NCBI GenBank assembly: GCA_040389185.1 | Contig: JAZKAJ010000011.1 | Span: 1,033 to 65,032 of the forward strand | DNA length: 64,000 nucleotides | Direction: 5' to 3' | DNA from: Patescibacteria group bacterium | GTDB lineage: Bacteria; Patescibacteriota; Minisyncoccia; Phycocordibacterales; CAIRYW01 | Made by a program: the position numbers and the translations under genes | The notes under the pieces: model-generated | The model's database searches: none | Seen by the model: the letters and a program-made list of their open reading frames with translations, nothing else | What the model was told of the DNA's origin: nothing | In this document: positions 1-10,484 of the stretch, piece after piece | Position numbering within the stretch: position 1 is the first letter of the stretch | How the letters are laid out: every line of letters starts with the position of its first letter

Positions 1-675
1 GAGGAGTTTGATACGAGAAATAAGAAGATCATATGTTTCGTTGTCGAAATTAATGATATCGACAAGCACACCATCGAGTCGATATCTAAGACGCGTTACT
101 TTTTCTTCCGGTTCAATGTGAATATCCGATGCTTTAAGTGATATCGCCCCTGCCATTATGATACCGATGATCTTTGATACTCGATACACTCTTTTGACTG
201 CAATCGTTTCGTCAACAAGCTTTTGAATGTCGCTAATACTTTTTACTTTTTCACTCAGTTCCTGAATTTCTTCGCTTGAAATATCGAGGGACCCTGCTTT
301 GGTCGCCATGGCAAATGAGAGATCTTTGTATCGCCCCCATGCTTTTTCAAGACTCGCCATTGATACCATGTAGATATTTACTTTGTATTCCTTGTCTTGG
401 AGTTCTTTGATTATTTTTTTGACATCTTCTTTGTTAGGGGATTGGACAGCAATAGAGAGAATTTTTCCCACCATTTTAAATGTTGCACATTTTGCGGCTC
501 TAGCCTTATCTTCGGGTATCAGTCGAAGCGAATCGGTATTGATGGTGATTCCAGAGAGATCAACATAATCAACTCCATATTTTTTGGAAAGTATTTCCGC
601 GAGTTCCTCCTCCTCTTTTTTGCGGAGAGTATCAATTTGTGAACCTTGTTTGTCTTCGTCAAATACTATTGTCAT
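1..675 (-). CDS. pilB: GspE/PilB type II secretion/type IV pilus assembly ATPase, N-terminal part (runs off window)
   Basis: Own translation from ATG at 675: MTIVFDEDKQ...ASDIHIEPEEKVTRLRYRLDGVL, the GspE/PilB signature; absent from ORF track because truncated. Confidence 0.85.
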   Translation of the reverse strand, partial: MTIVFDEDKQGSQIDTLRKKEEEELAEILSKKYGVDYVDLSGITINTDSLRLIPEDKARAAKCATFKMVGKILSIAVQSPNKEDVKKIIKELQDKEYKVNIYMVSMASLEKAWGRYKDLSFAMATKAGSLDISSEEIQELSEKVKSISDIQKLVDETIAVKRVYRVSKIIGIIMAGAISLKASDIHIEPEEKVTRLRYRLDGVLVDIINFDNETYDLLISRIKLL

Positions 676-761
676 ATATGAAGTAGTATATCGTATTTGG
701 AATGGAGTATCTAGCGTAGGTTTTTGTATGAGGGACTAAAAGATTTGATATAATAGAACAT

Positions 762-1634
762 ATGAAACTAGATTCCGGATCAGTACATGTTAATAGTATT
801 ATGATCAAAGCATGTCTCTATTTCGGACTCATTTTTATAGGTGAGCTTGTGTTAGCTGAACTTCTTGAAAGATTTTATTCACCAGATAATGGCGCTCCAA
901 TTGCAGGATTTCTGAGTTGTATTGTTTTTGTTTTTTTCATGTATTGGCTCATGAAAACTTTTAGTGATGCTCAAAAGGGCTTTATGCAAACAGTGGCAAA
1001 AAAGTTTGGTTTTGATTATATCTACGAGAAAGGTCAAGAAAATGTTCTCGGTGGAAATCTTTCCCTATTCTCTTACGGGGATTTTAGATTTTTTAGTAAT
1101 GTGGTATTGGGAACTTACGATGGGCTTTCATTTAAAATTTTTAATTATTCATATTCAGATGGTATAAAAGTGGGGAGCCAAAAGGTTGAAAAGATGCTTT
1201 ATTCTGAAGACGGTAGGCATGTATTTACTGTTTTCGAATCCATTCACAAGTCTTCGGTATCTCAAATTATGATAAATCCTTCTTATAGTTTACTCAAGGC
1301 GGCAATAGACGGAAAGAAAACCCCATTTGTTCAAAAGCAGGAAGTGCCAAAACCAGCAGGTTTAAAGGAATTAAAACTCGAGGGTAATTTTAATGATTAT
1401 TTTCGTGTATTGTGCAAAGACGGTCACGAGGCGGAGGTTTATGAGTTGTTGACCCCTGATGTGATGGAATTTTTGATCAAAAATGCGAAAGATGTTGGAC
1501 TAGAGTTTAATACAGATCGAATGTATATGTATACCGATCATCTCATTTCGCAAATAGGGGAGATGAATAAAAATGTTGAATTGTTTGTAAGATTGAATAA
1601 CTTCATTGGACAACAATTAGAAAACATAAAATAA
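762..1634 (+). CDS. Membrane-anchored hypothetical protein (DUF3137-like)
   Basis: Two N-terminal TM segments; LEGNFNDYFRV...LLTPDVME motif; TATAAT 7 nt before ATG. Confidence 0.6.
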   Translation: MKLDSGSVHVNSIMIKACLYFGLIFIGELVLAELLERFYSPDNGAPIAGFLSCIVFVFFMYWLMKTFSDAQKGFMQTVAKKFGFDYIYEKGQENVLGGNLSLFSYGDFRFFSNVVLGTYDGLSFKIFNYSYSDGIKVGSQKVEKMLYSEDGRHVFTVFESIHKSSVSQIMINPSYSLLKAAIDGKKTPFVQKQEVPKPAGLKELKLEGNFNDYFRVLCKDGHEAEVYELLTPDVMEFLIKNAKDVGLEFNTDRMYMYTDHLISQIGEMNKNVELFVRLNNFIGQQLENIK

Positions 1635-1720
1635 TGATCGAGGCCAATATAGAAGTGCCTACTCTATTAGTAAGAATTAAAGCGGGGTATAATTAAATCG
1701 TTATTATTTAACATATTTTT

Positions 1721-2110
1721 ATGGCGATATTTACGGAATCTACAAAGACACTCAGGTGGTTTCTTATTATTCTTGGTCTCGTAGGAGTTGATATTACGGT
1801 TAATGGGTTAGGAGCTTTTCGTTATTTGGATGGATTAGGTGAGCTTGTTTTTATTATTTCAGCTATTATTAATGTGACGGTTTTATACTCTGGATTATTC
1901 TTTAATAGTCTCATTCAATCAAAGACGAATCTCATGATTAATTTCTTTTGGTTTTGTATTGTTTTTTATTTACTAAATACCATAAGACTTTATTTTATTG
2001 GCATACTAGGATTTAACAGAGTTGTGATTGAGATTATATTTCTGTTTATCCCCTATGTTATTATTGATAATATTAAAAGACTCTCTCAGAATAATATTCC
2101 TTGGAACTAA
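1721..2110 (+). CDS. Hypothetical membrane protein
   Basis: 129 aa, about 4 hydrophobic segments. Confidence 0.6.
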   Translation: MAIFTESTKTLRWFLIILGLVGVDITVNGLGAFRYLDGLGELVFIISAIINVTVLYSGLFFNSLIQSKTNLMINFFWFCIVFYLLNTIRLYFIGILGFNRVVIEIIFLFIPYVIIDNIKRLSQNNIPWN

Positions 2111-2113
2111 TAT

Positions 2114-2968
2114 ATGAATAAAGAAAAAATAATAAAATATGGTTTGTATTTAATTGCGCTCGCACTTCTCATTTATGTTGTAATTGATTATCCACTTTGG
2201 AATAGGCAAGAGCAACCCTCTTTACAAAACAATTCTCAATACACTAATACTGCACAAAATGAACCTGTACAAAGCGGGGAGGTAAAACAGGTTAATCCTC
2301 CAGAGCCAATAAGGAAACAACCACAGTTATCAGGGGATCATTTTCTGGACAATCAGGTGACTTTCTATACAGTTTCATCATCAGGAAAGAAAATAAAAAT
2401 CGAAATTGTGCCGTGCAAAGAAGGTGACAGAAGATTTTGTTTTGGAAGTGGCTCGATATTTGATCATAAAGATTTAAACGGGACAGATTATTGGAGTTTG
2501 ATTACAGATGGTGGGTACGATGGTATTGGTATAAATTATCACACTAAGGATTTTGATGAAAAAAATTATAATGTTTATGTTTACGATGATACCTCTAACA
2601 CTAATGATGCGGCTACAGCAATTGCAGATAATGTAATAAGAGGCAATGATACTTTACCTACAGAAGTAGGGCAATGCTCTGTGACCAAAGTAAAATTGGT
2701 TGGGAATAGACTCCAGGATGGACAAGGTGGACCTTTTATTAAAGATAGTGGAAGTAAGGTTGTGTATACAAACGGGGCGTATCAAACAAACTATGAACAG
2801 ATACCGGGTATAGATAATTCTAAGGTGGGGGATAGTGTGGTGCTTTGTCTAGTGTTACCCTCAAAGGCCTGCGCGCCAGGTTTGGATATGACAATGGATT
2901 TCAGTGCGACAAATGTTCGTACAGGAGAAAGTTGGGAGTCGTTAAACTATGAATGTACTGGAGTTTAA
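2114..2968 (+). CDS. Hypothetical exported protein
   Basis: N-terminal TM anchor, Q/N/P-rich linker, Cys-containing C-terminal domain. Confidence 0.65.
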   Translation: MNKEKIIKYGLYLIALALLIYVVIDYPLWNRQEQPSLQNNSQYTNTAQNEPVQSGEVKQVNPPEPIRKQPQLSGDHFLDNQVTFYTVSSSGKKIKIEIVPCKEGDRRFCFGSGSIFDHKDLNGTDYWSLITDGGYDGIGINYHTKDFDEKNYNVYVYDDTSNTNDAATAIADNVIRGNDTLPTEVGQCSVTKVKLVGNRLQDGQGGPFIKDSGSKVVYTNGAYQTNYEQIPGIDNSKVGDSVVLCLVLPSKACAPGLDMTMDFSATNVRTGESWESLNYECTGV

Positions 2969-2985
2969 TGTACTTCTTTAAGTTT

Positions 2986-3028
2986 TAAAAACAAAACCCT
3001 TCGCCTTAGGCGAAGGGTTTTGTTTTTA
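2986..3028. terminator. Bidirectional intrinsic terminator
   Basis: AAAAACAAAACCCTTCGCC-TTA-GGCGAAGGGTTTTGTTTTT between convergent genes. Confidence 0.8.
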
Positions 3029-3050
3029 ATTACTGTAAGAGACGAGGTAA

Positions 3051-3314
3051 TTAAAATCCAATAAACATCATTGCAAAGAAGACGACTGGTATTATGATGC
3101 TACTCAATATCAATCCGATCCCAAATCTTCTTTTATTTTGGTAGATCATAAAGATGGCGCCAAGAATTATGAGCAAAGGGAAAAGTGTGAGAAATCCTTT
3201 CCATACAAACTCATTCCAAATAGGATTTGAGAGTATGATTAGGCACCCAAGTGTTGCATAGATGATCGCACATCCAACCCCGACCAATATTCCAGTTTTG
3301 ATTTTATTTTGCAT
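3051..3314 (-). CDS. Small membrane protein
   Basis: 87 aa, 3 TM segments. Confidence 0.55.
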   Translation of the reverse strand: MQNKIKTGILVGVGCAIIYATLGCLIILSNPIWNEFVWKGFLTLFPLLIILGAIFMIYQNKRRFGIGLILSSIIIPVVFFAMMFIGF

Positions 3315-3321
3315 ACCTTTA

Positions 3322-4836
3322 TTAGATATCTAATTTAACAGAACTAATCATCTGTTGAAGTTTTTGGTCTGTGTCCGCAGCTTTTTCTAAAGGACTTATA
3401 CCAGAAAATTCTACCGCAATCTTTCCAAGAACAATCGAGTATCTTTTGTCAACAACTTCAACCCCATTCTTACCCTTAAGTCTTATCTCAATAACTGCCA
3501 CATTCTTGTTTTGAGGCCATTTTGCAAAAGTGTAGTTTTCGATTGCGCCACTTTGTTTTTTCTTTTCAAGTAAATTTCTGTAGTCTGTTTGGAGTGTGTA
3601 AGAATCAGGCCCTTCTTCTTTTAGATTGGTTATAAAAAGATCCGCATAACTATCTGTTTCATCAGAATTTTTGCTACTAAAAGTTGCGTCTGCACCATAT
3701 GATGAATTGGCCGCATATCTTTTCCAGTCCTTGTCATAATTAAACGCGATGCCGAACCCTCGAAATAGATTCACGTCTTTTCCATCAACTGTTATTTGTT
3801 GGGTTCCTCCTCCTTGTTCTGCATTTATTTGATCTGAGAAACTTTGCATATCTGCCTGGTTTGATTGTTCATTCATTGTTGCCGCCTTTGTCGCTTTTTC
3901 TTTCATACTGTCTAGAGAATTTTGTGTTGTGACAGTTATAAAATACATAAGTCCAATCCAAAGTCCAAGTCCGATGCAGGCAATGAGTATTGGTTTTTGG
4001 AGACTATTTCCAATCTCTCCCTCAGACTTAGTCTTCAGTGTTTTGTATATTGTTGAAGATACCGAAATCATGGACACTGCGCTTACAACACCTATTAGGA
4101 ATGTGAGGATTCCTGACACCCATAAAACAGCCCTTTGGAGTATTTGAATTGAACTTAGTATTTTTGCAATAACTGTCAATATGAAAGTTGCCGCCACAGA
4201 AAAAATAATCATAAGGATCATACTAAAGATTAGGACTGCGAACACTCTAAACCAGACTCCTTTTACATAGTAGATACTTTTAAGAATTGATTGCTTTACT
4301 GTTGTTCCTTGATCTATGAACAAAAACATAGCAAGGGATAAGGCAACAAAATAATAGATTCCCGGTATCAAGAAAACAACTGCTGAAAAAGTTGAAATAA
4401 AATACGCACTGATTAGTAGCCCCAAGACTTTAATTTTTTGTTTGAAACCTCCTCGGAGTGAATTAATAAGTGACATCTTTTCCTCTGCAAGACTTAATTT
4501 TATTAGTGAAGTTAAGAGGAACGAAAGCAATATGAGCATGATCCCACCGAATACAACCATTGATGCAAAAAATATTGTAAATGTTGGAGAACCTACTGAG
4601 CCGATGGTATTAATAATCCCTAAAGTATAAACATAATACAGATCCGACAGATGTGCCCCGGCTAACAAAATATTTATAATAATGGTCAAAAGGAGGCCAA
4701 TAATATAAAAAAGTCCAAAAGCGGCTATTGCGAGTGCTTTCGGAGTAAAGTTATGAAATATATTTTTAATTGAGTTTCTTACTGTTTCCCAGACTTTTAA
4801 TGTTATTGGTGCTGGGGCGTTTGTTATTTCGTCCAT
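3322..4836 (-). CDS. Polytopic membrane protein with C-terminal extracytoplasmic (PsbP-like) domain
   Basis: Multiple TMs with LIPGIY...SIYYVKG motif; soluble C-terminus GIAFNYDKDWK. Confidence 0.6.
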   Translation of the reverse strand: MDEITNAPAPITLKVWETVRNSIKNIFHNFTPKALAIAAFGLFYIIGLLLTIIINILLAGAHLSDLYYVYTLGIINTIGSVGSPTFTIFFASMVVFGGIMLILLSFLLTSLIKLSLAEEKMSLINSLRGGFKQKIKVLGLLISAYFISTFSAVVFLIPGIYYFVALSLAMFLFIDQGTTVKQSILKSIYYVKGVWFRVFAVLIFSMILMIIFSVAATFILTVIAKILSSIQILQRAVLWVSGILTFLIGVVSAVSMISVSSTIYKTLKTKSEGEIGNSLQKPILIACIGLGLWIGLMYFITVTTQNSLDSMKEKATKAATMNEQSNQADMQSFSDQINAEQGGGTQQITVDGKDVNLFRGFGIAFNYDKDWKRYAANSSYGADATFSSKNSDETDSYADLFITNLKEEGPDSYTLQTDYRNLLEKKKQSGAIENYTFAKWPQNKNVAVIEIRLKGKNGVEVVDKRYSIVLGKIAVEFSGISPLEKAADTDQKLQQMISSVKLDI

Positions 4837-4922
4837 AAATTATTTATAATTTGTAATACTGATATTGTATCATAGGCGTTTGTGTATTATAGTTTGGGTG
4901 TTAATAAATAACTTAAATTTAT

Positions 4923-5204
4923 ATGGATGGAATGGAACAACAGTCACCTCAAGAGGCTTTAGAATCAGACATGGTTATTCTTGCGGATTTAATGAGTCTC
5001 TATAAAAAAGAAAGAACACCAAATGAAAGTGTTGGAGAAAGGGTCCCTGAATCGGCAGAAATTACAGAGTTTATTGTAACAAGTATGGTGCCAAATTTAA
5101 CCAAGATTAATAACGTTAATGAAAAAGGGGAAATCAAGAATGCAATTGACCGACAACTTAAGGGGGCTGGTATTTCTATGCCTGTCGACCTTCTTCATGC
5201 TTAA
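4923..5204 (+). CDS. Hypothetical protein
   Basis: 93 aa ORF directly upstream of tsaE. Confidence 0.5.
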   Translation: MDGMEQQSPQEALESDMVILADLMSLYKKERTPNESVGERVPESAEITEFIVTSMVPNLTKINNVNEKGEIKNAIDRQLKGAGISMPVDLLHA

Positions 5205-5207
5205 TAT

Positions 5208-5642
5208 ATGATTTCTCGATCTTTTGACGATACAAGACAATTTGCAAAGGAATTGATTGTTAAAATATCAAAGAACACTTCAGACCGAGCCGTAGTTTTA
5301 GATTTGAAAGGAGATTTAGGTGCAGGAAAGACTACTCTTGTGCAGATGATTGGAAGAGAACTCGGAGTTACAGAAACGATGCAGAGTCCCACATTTGTCA
5401 TAATGAAGTCCTACAAAACAACAAACCCTCGATTTAAAACATTGGTACATATTGATGCATATAGAATAGAACAAATAGATGAGGTGAAGATTTTGCGACT
5501 CGAAGAAGTTTTCGCTGAGTCTACAAATCTTGTTTGTATCGAATGGGCAGACAAAGTAAGAGAAATAATGCCTAATTGGACTGTAAAAATTGAGTGTACT
5601 CTTCTTGAAAACGACGAACATCAATACAGGATACACGAGTAA
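5208..5642 (+). CDS. tsaE: tRNA t6A biosynthesis ATPase TsaE
   Basis: LKGDLGAGKTT, QSPTF, HIDAYRI, IEWAD motifs. Confidence 0.95.
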   Translation: MISRSFDDTRQFAKELIVKISKNTSDRAVVLDLKGDLGAGKTTLVQMIGRELGVTETMQSPTFVIMKSYKTTNPRFKTLVHIDAYRIEQIDEVKILRLEEVFAESTNLVCIEWADKVREIMPNWTVKIECTLLENDEHQYRIHE

Positions 5643-5685
5643 CCTTATGTAAGATTCTTTCCACTTTTTCTGCTAAAATACCTTC

Positions 5686-8079
5686 ATGGCCACTAAATCT
5701 AAAAAAGACACAAAAACCCTCGTCCTCCTCGATGTTCACGCGATTATTCATCGTGCGTATCATGCCCTTCCAGATTTTGCTTCGAGCAAAGGTGAGCCAA
5801 CAGGTGCACTCTATGGGCTTTGCCTCATGCTCTTTAAACTTATTGAAGATTTCAAGCCGGACTATATCGCTGCTTGTTTTGATCTTCCGAAGCCCACTTA
5901 TAGACACCTAGCATACGACGGGTACAAAGCGGGACGAAAGAAAACTGATGATGAACTCGTCTCACAGCTTATTCGTTCGCGAGAAGTGTTTCGTGCATTT
6001 TCAATTCCAGAATACGACAAAGAAGGATTCGAAGCTGATGATATGCTCGGAACTATTGTTGAACAGATGAAAGATGAGAAGGGAATCGAGATTGTGATTG
6101 CATCAGGAGATATGGATACAATGCAGCTCATTGAAGGTGATCGGGTCAAAGTGTTTACTCTTCGCAAAGGTGTTAAAGACACTGTGACTTATGGCGAGAA
6201 AGAAGTGGTAGAGCGATTTGGATTTAAACCGTTACAGCTCACTGACTATAAAGGACTTCGAGGAGATACATCAGATAATATTATAGGGATCAAAGGTATT
6301 GGAGAAAAGACTGCAACAACGCTCATTCAAGAATTTGGAACGATAGAAAATATGTATGCAAAAATTGAAGCCGGCAAGAAAGAAGAATTCAAAAAGATCG
6401 GAGTGACTGAGAGAATTTACGAACTTCTCGCAAACAACAAAGACGAAGCGGTGTTTTCAAAAATGCTTGCGACAATTCGTCGTGATGCGCCAATCGATTT
6501 CAAACTCCCTGACTCAACCTGGAGAGAACATATTGAGACAGAAAAGGTCAAAAACATGTTGAAATCATTCGATTTTCGAAGCATGGTGCCACGAGTTGAT
6601 GTGGTATTCGGAGATACGAGCTTAGAAGCTGAGGAGCTTAGAAGCTTAGAAGGAAAAACAAAAAAACAGGAGGAGGTTGCTCATAATTTATCTGATGAAG
6701 AAATTGAGAAACTAAAGATTGCAACATTTGTTTTGAATTCAACAATCAGTAATCCGGAACTTTCTGATGTGATCGCCTTTTCTGAACACGAGGATGCAGA
6801 TGAGGCCAAGAAAAATATTTTAAATGAAATCAAAAAGAAGGGTCTTGAATTTGTATACGAAAAGATCGAACTTCCGCTCATTCCGATTATCAAAAAAATG
6901 CATGATATTGGTGTAGCTATTGATGCTGACTATCTCAAAAAGCTCGCTAAGGACTATCATAAAGAACTCGACAAAATAGACAAGAAAATATTTGAACATG
7001 CAGGACACGAGTTCAATGTTGATTCACCAAAGCAGCTCGGTGTTGTGCTTTATGATGAATTGAATCTCGTCGGCAAGAACATGAAAAAGACCGCGGGTGG
7101 TGCGAAGTCGACCAAAGAAAGTGAACTCGAAAAACTTAAAGACTTACACCCGATCATTTCACTCATCATGGAACATAGAGAGCTCGCAAAACTTCTGGGC
7201 ACCTATATCGATGTGATCCCAACACTTCTTGATGATAATGGACGACTCCATCCAACATTCATTCAGACAGGTGCTGCGACAGGGAGAATGGCTTCAAAGG
7301 ATCCTGGAGTACAAAATATTCCAATTAAAACAGAGCTCGGACGAGCGATCAGAAATGCATTCATAGCAGAAAAAGGATTCAAGCTTTGTGCCTTTGACTA
7401 CTCACAGATCGAGCTTCGAATCGCGGCAATACTTTCTGACGATCAAAAACTCCAAGAGATTTTCAAAAGTGGAGAAGATGTTCATTCAGGAGTAGCATCA
7501 CAAGTCTTTGGAGTACCGATAGAGGAAGTAACTAAAGATATGCGACGAAAAGCGAAGGTGATTAACTTCGGGATCCTTTATGGAATGGGAGTAAATGCGC
7601 TCAAAAGTAATCTCGGAAGTACTCGAGAAGAGGCGCAGAGATTCTATGATGATTACTTCAAAACATTCTCGACTCTCGCAGAATATCTCGAAAACACCAA
7701 GAAAGAGGCTGCCAAAAACGGTTTTGTTACAACGATGTATGGAAGAAGAAGATATTTTGAAGGTATCAAATCCCACCTTCCGTTTATCCGTGCCGCTGCA
7801 GAGCGAATGGCTATCAATGCGCCGATACAGGGGACACAGGCAGATATTGTAAAACTCGCAATGACTGAGATAGATCGGATTTATGGGGATGATAAAGATG
7901 TGAGACTTCTCCTTCAAATTCACGACGAGCTTATCTATGAGATTAAAGAAAGTAAGGTGAAGGAGGTGTCAGAAAAAATAAAAAGTGTGATGGAAAACAT
8001 AATGGATCCAAAGATGACAAAAGGTGTGCCTATCGTAGCCAATGCATCATGTGGAGATGATTGGGGAAACTTGAGGTAA
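5686..8079 (+). CDS. polA: DNA polymerase I (5'-3' exonuclease + polymerase; proofreading domain reduced)
   Basis: HRAYHA, GFEADD, DYSQIELR, KVINFGILYG, QIHDEL motifs. Confidence 0.97.
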   Translation: MATKSKKDTKTLVLLDVHAIIHRAYHALPDFASSKGEPTGALYGLCLMLFKLIEDFKPDYIAACFDLPKPTYRHLAYDGYKAGRKKTDDELVSQLIRSREVFRAFSIPEYDKEGFEADDMLGTIVEQMKDEKGIEIVIASGDMDTMQLIEGDRVKVFTLRKGVKDTVTYGEKEVVERFGFKPLQLTDYKGLRGDTSDNIIGIKGIGEKTATTLIQEFGTIENMYAKIEAGKKEEFKKIGVTERIYELLANNKDEAVFSKMLATIRRDAPIDFKLPDSTWREHIETEKVKNMLKSFDFRSMVPRVDVVFGDTSLEAEELRSLEGKTKKQEEVAHNLSDEEIEKLKIATFVLNSTISNPELSDVIAFSEHEDADEAKKNILNEIKKKGLEFVYEKIELPLIPIIKKMHDIGVAIDADYLKKLAKDYHKELDKIDKKIFEHAGHEFNVDSPKQLGVVLYDELNLVGKNMKKTAGGAKSTKESELEKLKDLHPIISLIMEHRELAKLLGTYIDVIPTLLDDNGRLHPTFIQTGAATGRMASKDPGVQNIPIKTELGRAIRNAFIAEKGFKLCAFDYSQIELRIAAILSDDQKLQEIFKSGEDVHSGVASQVFGVPIEEVTKDMRRKAKVINFGILYGMGVNALKSNLGSTREEAQRFYDDYFKTFSTLAEYLENTKKEAAKNGFVTTMYGRRRYFEGIKSHLPFIRAAAERMAINAPIQGTQADIVKLAMTEIDRIYGDDKDVRLLLQIHDELIYEIKESKVKEVSEKIKSVMENIMDPKMTKGVPIVANASCGDDWGNLR

Positions 8080-8171
8080 GTTAACAAGTGGCAAGTATTC
8101 AAGGATCCAAGTGAATTGAAAACTTGAACCTTGAGACTTGAATACTTTAAATTTTTAATTAAAAATTGAGC

Positions 8172-8888
8172 ATGATCTACTTTTACTACGGAACAGATAG
8201 AGAAAAGATTCAAAAGACTGCACGAGCAACTTTTGATGCTCTACAGAAGAAGAAGCCAGACGCGAGCTTCGTTTCTTTTGGTGTAGAAAATCTTGATGAA
8301 AATATACTCCAGGAGATTACTGCATCCCAAGGACTTTTTGAGCGAAAGGTTGTTGCGAAGATTGCTGATATAATGGAAGACAAAGAAAAAAGTGAACTTG
8401 TTTTGAAATTCTTGAAGGAAATGAAAGCAACAGAAAACATCATTGTCTGGTCAGAAGGCGAAGTTAATAAGGCACCACTTGAGAAAATAAAAAAATACGC
8501 AGAAAAAGTAGAAGAATTTGGAGTCAAACAAAAAGCAGAAAAGAAATTCCCGAGTATTTTTAAAATGACTGATGCGATAGGGGACAAAGACAAAAAGAAT
8601 GCGTGGGCACTCCTTAGAAATGAGCTTGATCAAGGGACTGCAGACGAGGAACTTCACGGAACAATATTTTGGCAAATGAAATCAATCCTTCTTGCAAAGA
8701 AAACAAAAGGGGCCGACGAAGCGGGGCTTAATCCATATGTATATAGCAAAGCAAAATCTTTTTCTCGAAACTGGGAAGAGAAGGAATTAAATAATGCTAT
8801 TTCAAGTCTTATTGATATGTACCACAAAGCGCACAGAGGACAAGTGAATTTTGAAACAGAACTTGAGAGATGGATGCTCTCAATATAA
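8172..8888 (+). CDS. holA: DNA polymerase III delta subunit-like protein
   Basis: MIYFYYG start, QGLF motif, C-terminal LNPYVYSKAK...LERWML. Confidence 0.7.
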   Translation: MIYFYYGTDREKIQKTARATFDALQKKKPDASFVSFGVENLDENILQEITASQGLFERKVVAKIADIMEDKEKSELVLKFLKEMKATENIIVWSEGEVNKAPLEKIKKYAEKVEEFGVKQKAEKKFPSIFKMTDAIGDKDKKNAWALLRNELDQGTADEELHGTIFWQMKSILLAKKTKGADEAGLNPYVYSKAKSFSRNWEEKELNNAISSLIDMYHKAHRGQVNFETELERWMLSI

Positions 8889-8903
8889 ACCTAATAAATA
8901 TTT

Positions 8904-9452
8904 ATGAATCATAAAACCAGAATTGTAATTATTGTCACTCTATTGATTGTTTTTGTTCTGGGTATATATGAGCTTCAATCTCTCGAAGAAAAAGTCAATT
9001 TAAAAAATGATCCTATAACATCTATAGATGCGACAAAATCACCTATTGCAAAAGAGGATCTTGCCAAACTTTCGAATGCCGAATGGAAAAACAGACTAAC
9101 TCCAGAGCAATATGCAGTTCTTAAAGAGGGTGGGACCGAGATTCCTTTTACAAGCGATCTGCTTCATGAGACTCGCCCAGGAACTTTTGTCACAGCAGAC
9201 TGTGGTGAGCCTGTATTTCGGTCAGAGGCTAAGTTTGATTCTGGTACAGGATGGCCTAGTTTTTTTGAACCGATTAAAGGGTCTGTTATTGAAAATACTG
9301 ATACAAGTTTTGGCATGGAAAGAATCGAGATTGCCTCTGCAATTTGCCATAGTCATCTAGGACATGTTTTCGATGATGCGCCACAAACTCCAACGGGACT
9401 TCGGTATTGTATAAATGGAGTCGCACTGATCTTTATACCTGATAAGAAATAA
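8904..9452 (+). CDS. msrB: Peptide-methionine (R)-S-oxide reductase with N-terminal anchor
   Basis: KFDSGTGWPSF, HLGHVFDD, RYCING. Confidence 0.95.
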   Translation: MNHKTRIVIIVTLLIVFVLGIYELQSLEEKVNLKNDPITSIDATKSPIAKEDLAKLSNAEWKNRLTPEQYAVLKEGGTEIPFTSDLLHETRPGTFVTADCGEPVFRSEAKFDSGTGWPSFFEPIKGSVIENTDTSFGMERIEIASAICHSHLGHVFDDAPQTPTGLRYCINGVALIFIPDKK

Positions 9453-9490
9453 GAAACAAAAAAATGCCTCGAAAGAGGTGTTTTTGTTTC
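9453..9490 (+). terminator. Intrinsic terminator
   Basis: GAAACAAAAAAATGCCTC-GAAA-GAGGTGTTTTTGTTTC. Confidence 0.7.
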
Positions 9491-9578
9491 CCGTAGAGCT
9501 GCACCTCTTTTAATTTCTCTCTCGTATCAATTATCACAAGCTGCAGTAAAGCTTGGTACTACTAGTAATATATAAATT

Positions 9579-10397
9579 ATGATACAAAAGAAAATTTTTA
9601 CATTAGGATTGCTCGCTATTATGGCGCTATTTGCAGCTACGACAGTTTTTGCAGATACAAATCAGACTAATCAAGGCGGAGGACCAGGTGGATGGCAAGG
9701 GCAAGGTGCTCCACGAATGCAGGGAGGACCACGAATGATGAATGGAGGACCAGGTGGAAAAGGTATGATGGCAAAACCTGCAGTTGTAGGTAAAGTTGAG
9801 TCTATTTCAGGCAACACTCTCACGATAACAAGTAGAGGATTTGGTCAAAATGCCGCAACCACAACATATTCTGTAGATGCTTCTCACGCAATAATCTTTA
9901 AGGCAAATGCAACAAGTACTCTCTCAAGTATTGCGACTGGAGATAATGTGATGGTAGAGGGTTCTGTTTCTGGTACAAATGTTACTGCAACAACAATTCG
10001 TGACGGTCTAGGTATGATGGGAAGAGGGGGTGTACTACCAGAAGGATTTTCAGGCAATGGTCAGCCTGTGGTTGCGGGGAATGTTACAGCTATCAGTGGT
10101 TCTACAATTACAATCTCAAATGAAAGTAATGTGACTTACACAGTGGATGCAACTAACGCAAAAGTCATGAAAGGGCGAGATGCAGGAGTTATTGGAGATG
10201 TTGCCGCGGGTGATCATCTTGTTGTTCAGGGTACTGTAAATGGTAGCTCAATTTCTGCAACAACGATATTTGATCAGAAGGTACCAACAGGGAATGGAGA
10301 TAATTCTAACGGGCAAGGAGACAAAAACGGAGGACAAATCCACCCAGGATTCTTCGGGGCAATCAGAGGATTCTTTGGAAAGTTGTTTGGATTCTAA
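9579..10397 (+). CDS. Secreted protein with two OB-fold repeats (DUF5666-like)
   Basis: Signal peptide; two G.V..ISG.T.T...Y.VDA...GD...V.G repeats. Confidence 0.7.
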   Translation: MIQKKIFTLGLLAIMALFAATTVFADTNQTNQGGGPGGWQGQGAPRMQGGPRMMNGGPGGKGMMAKPAVVGKVESISGNTLTITSRGFGQNAATTTYSVDASHAIIFKANATSTLSSIATGDNVMVEGSVSGTNVTATTIRDGLGMMGRGGVLPEGFSGNGQPVVAGNVTAISGSTITISNESNVTYTVDATNAKVMKGRDAGVIGDVAAGDHLVVQGTVNGSSISATTIFDQKVPTGNGDNSNGQGDKNGGQIHPGFFGAIRGFFGKLFGF

Positions 10398-10484
10398 TTT
10401 AAATTAAGCGACATTCGAAAATAGGGCCACCTCGAGAGAGGTGGTTTTGTTTTGTATAGAAAATGATAGTATTGGGTGATCACT

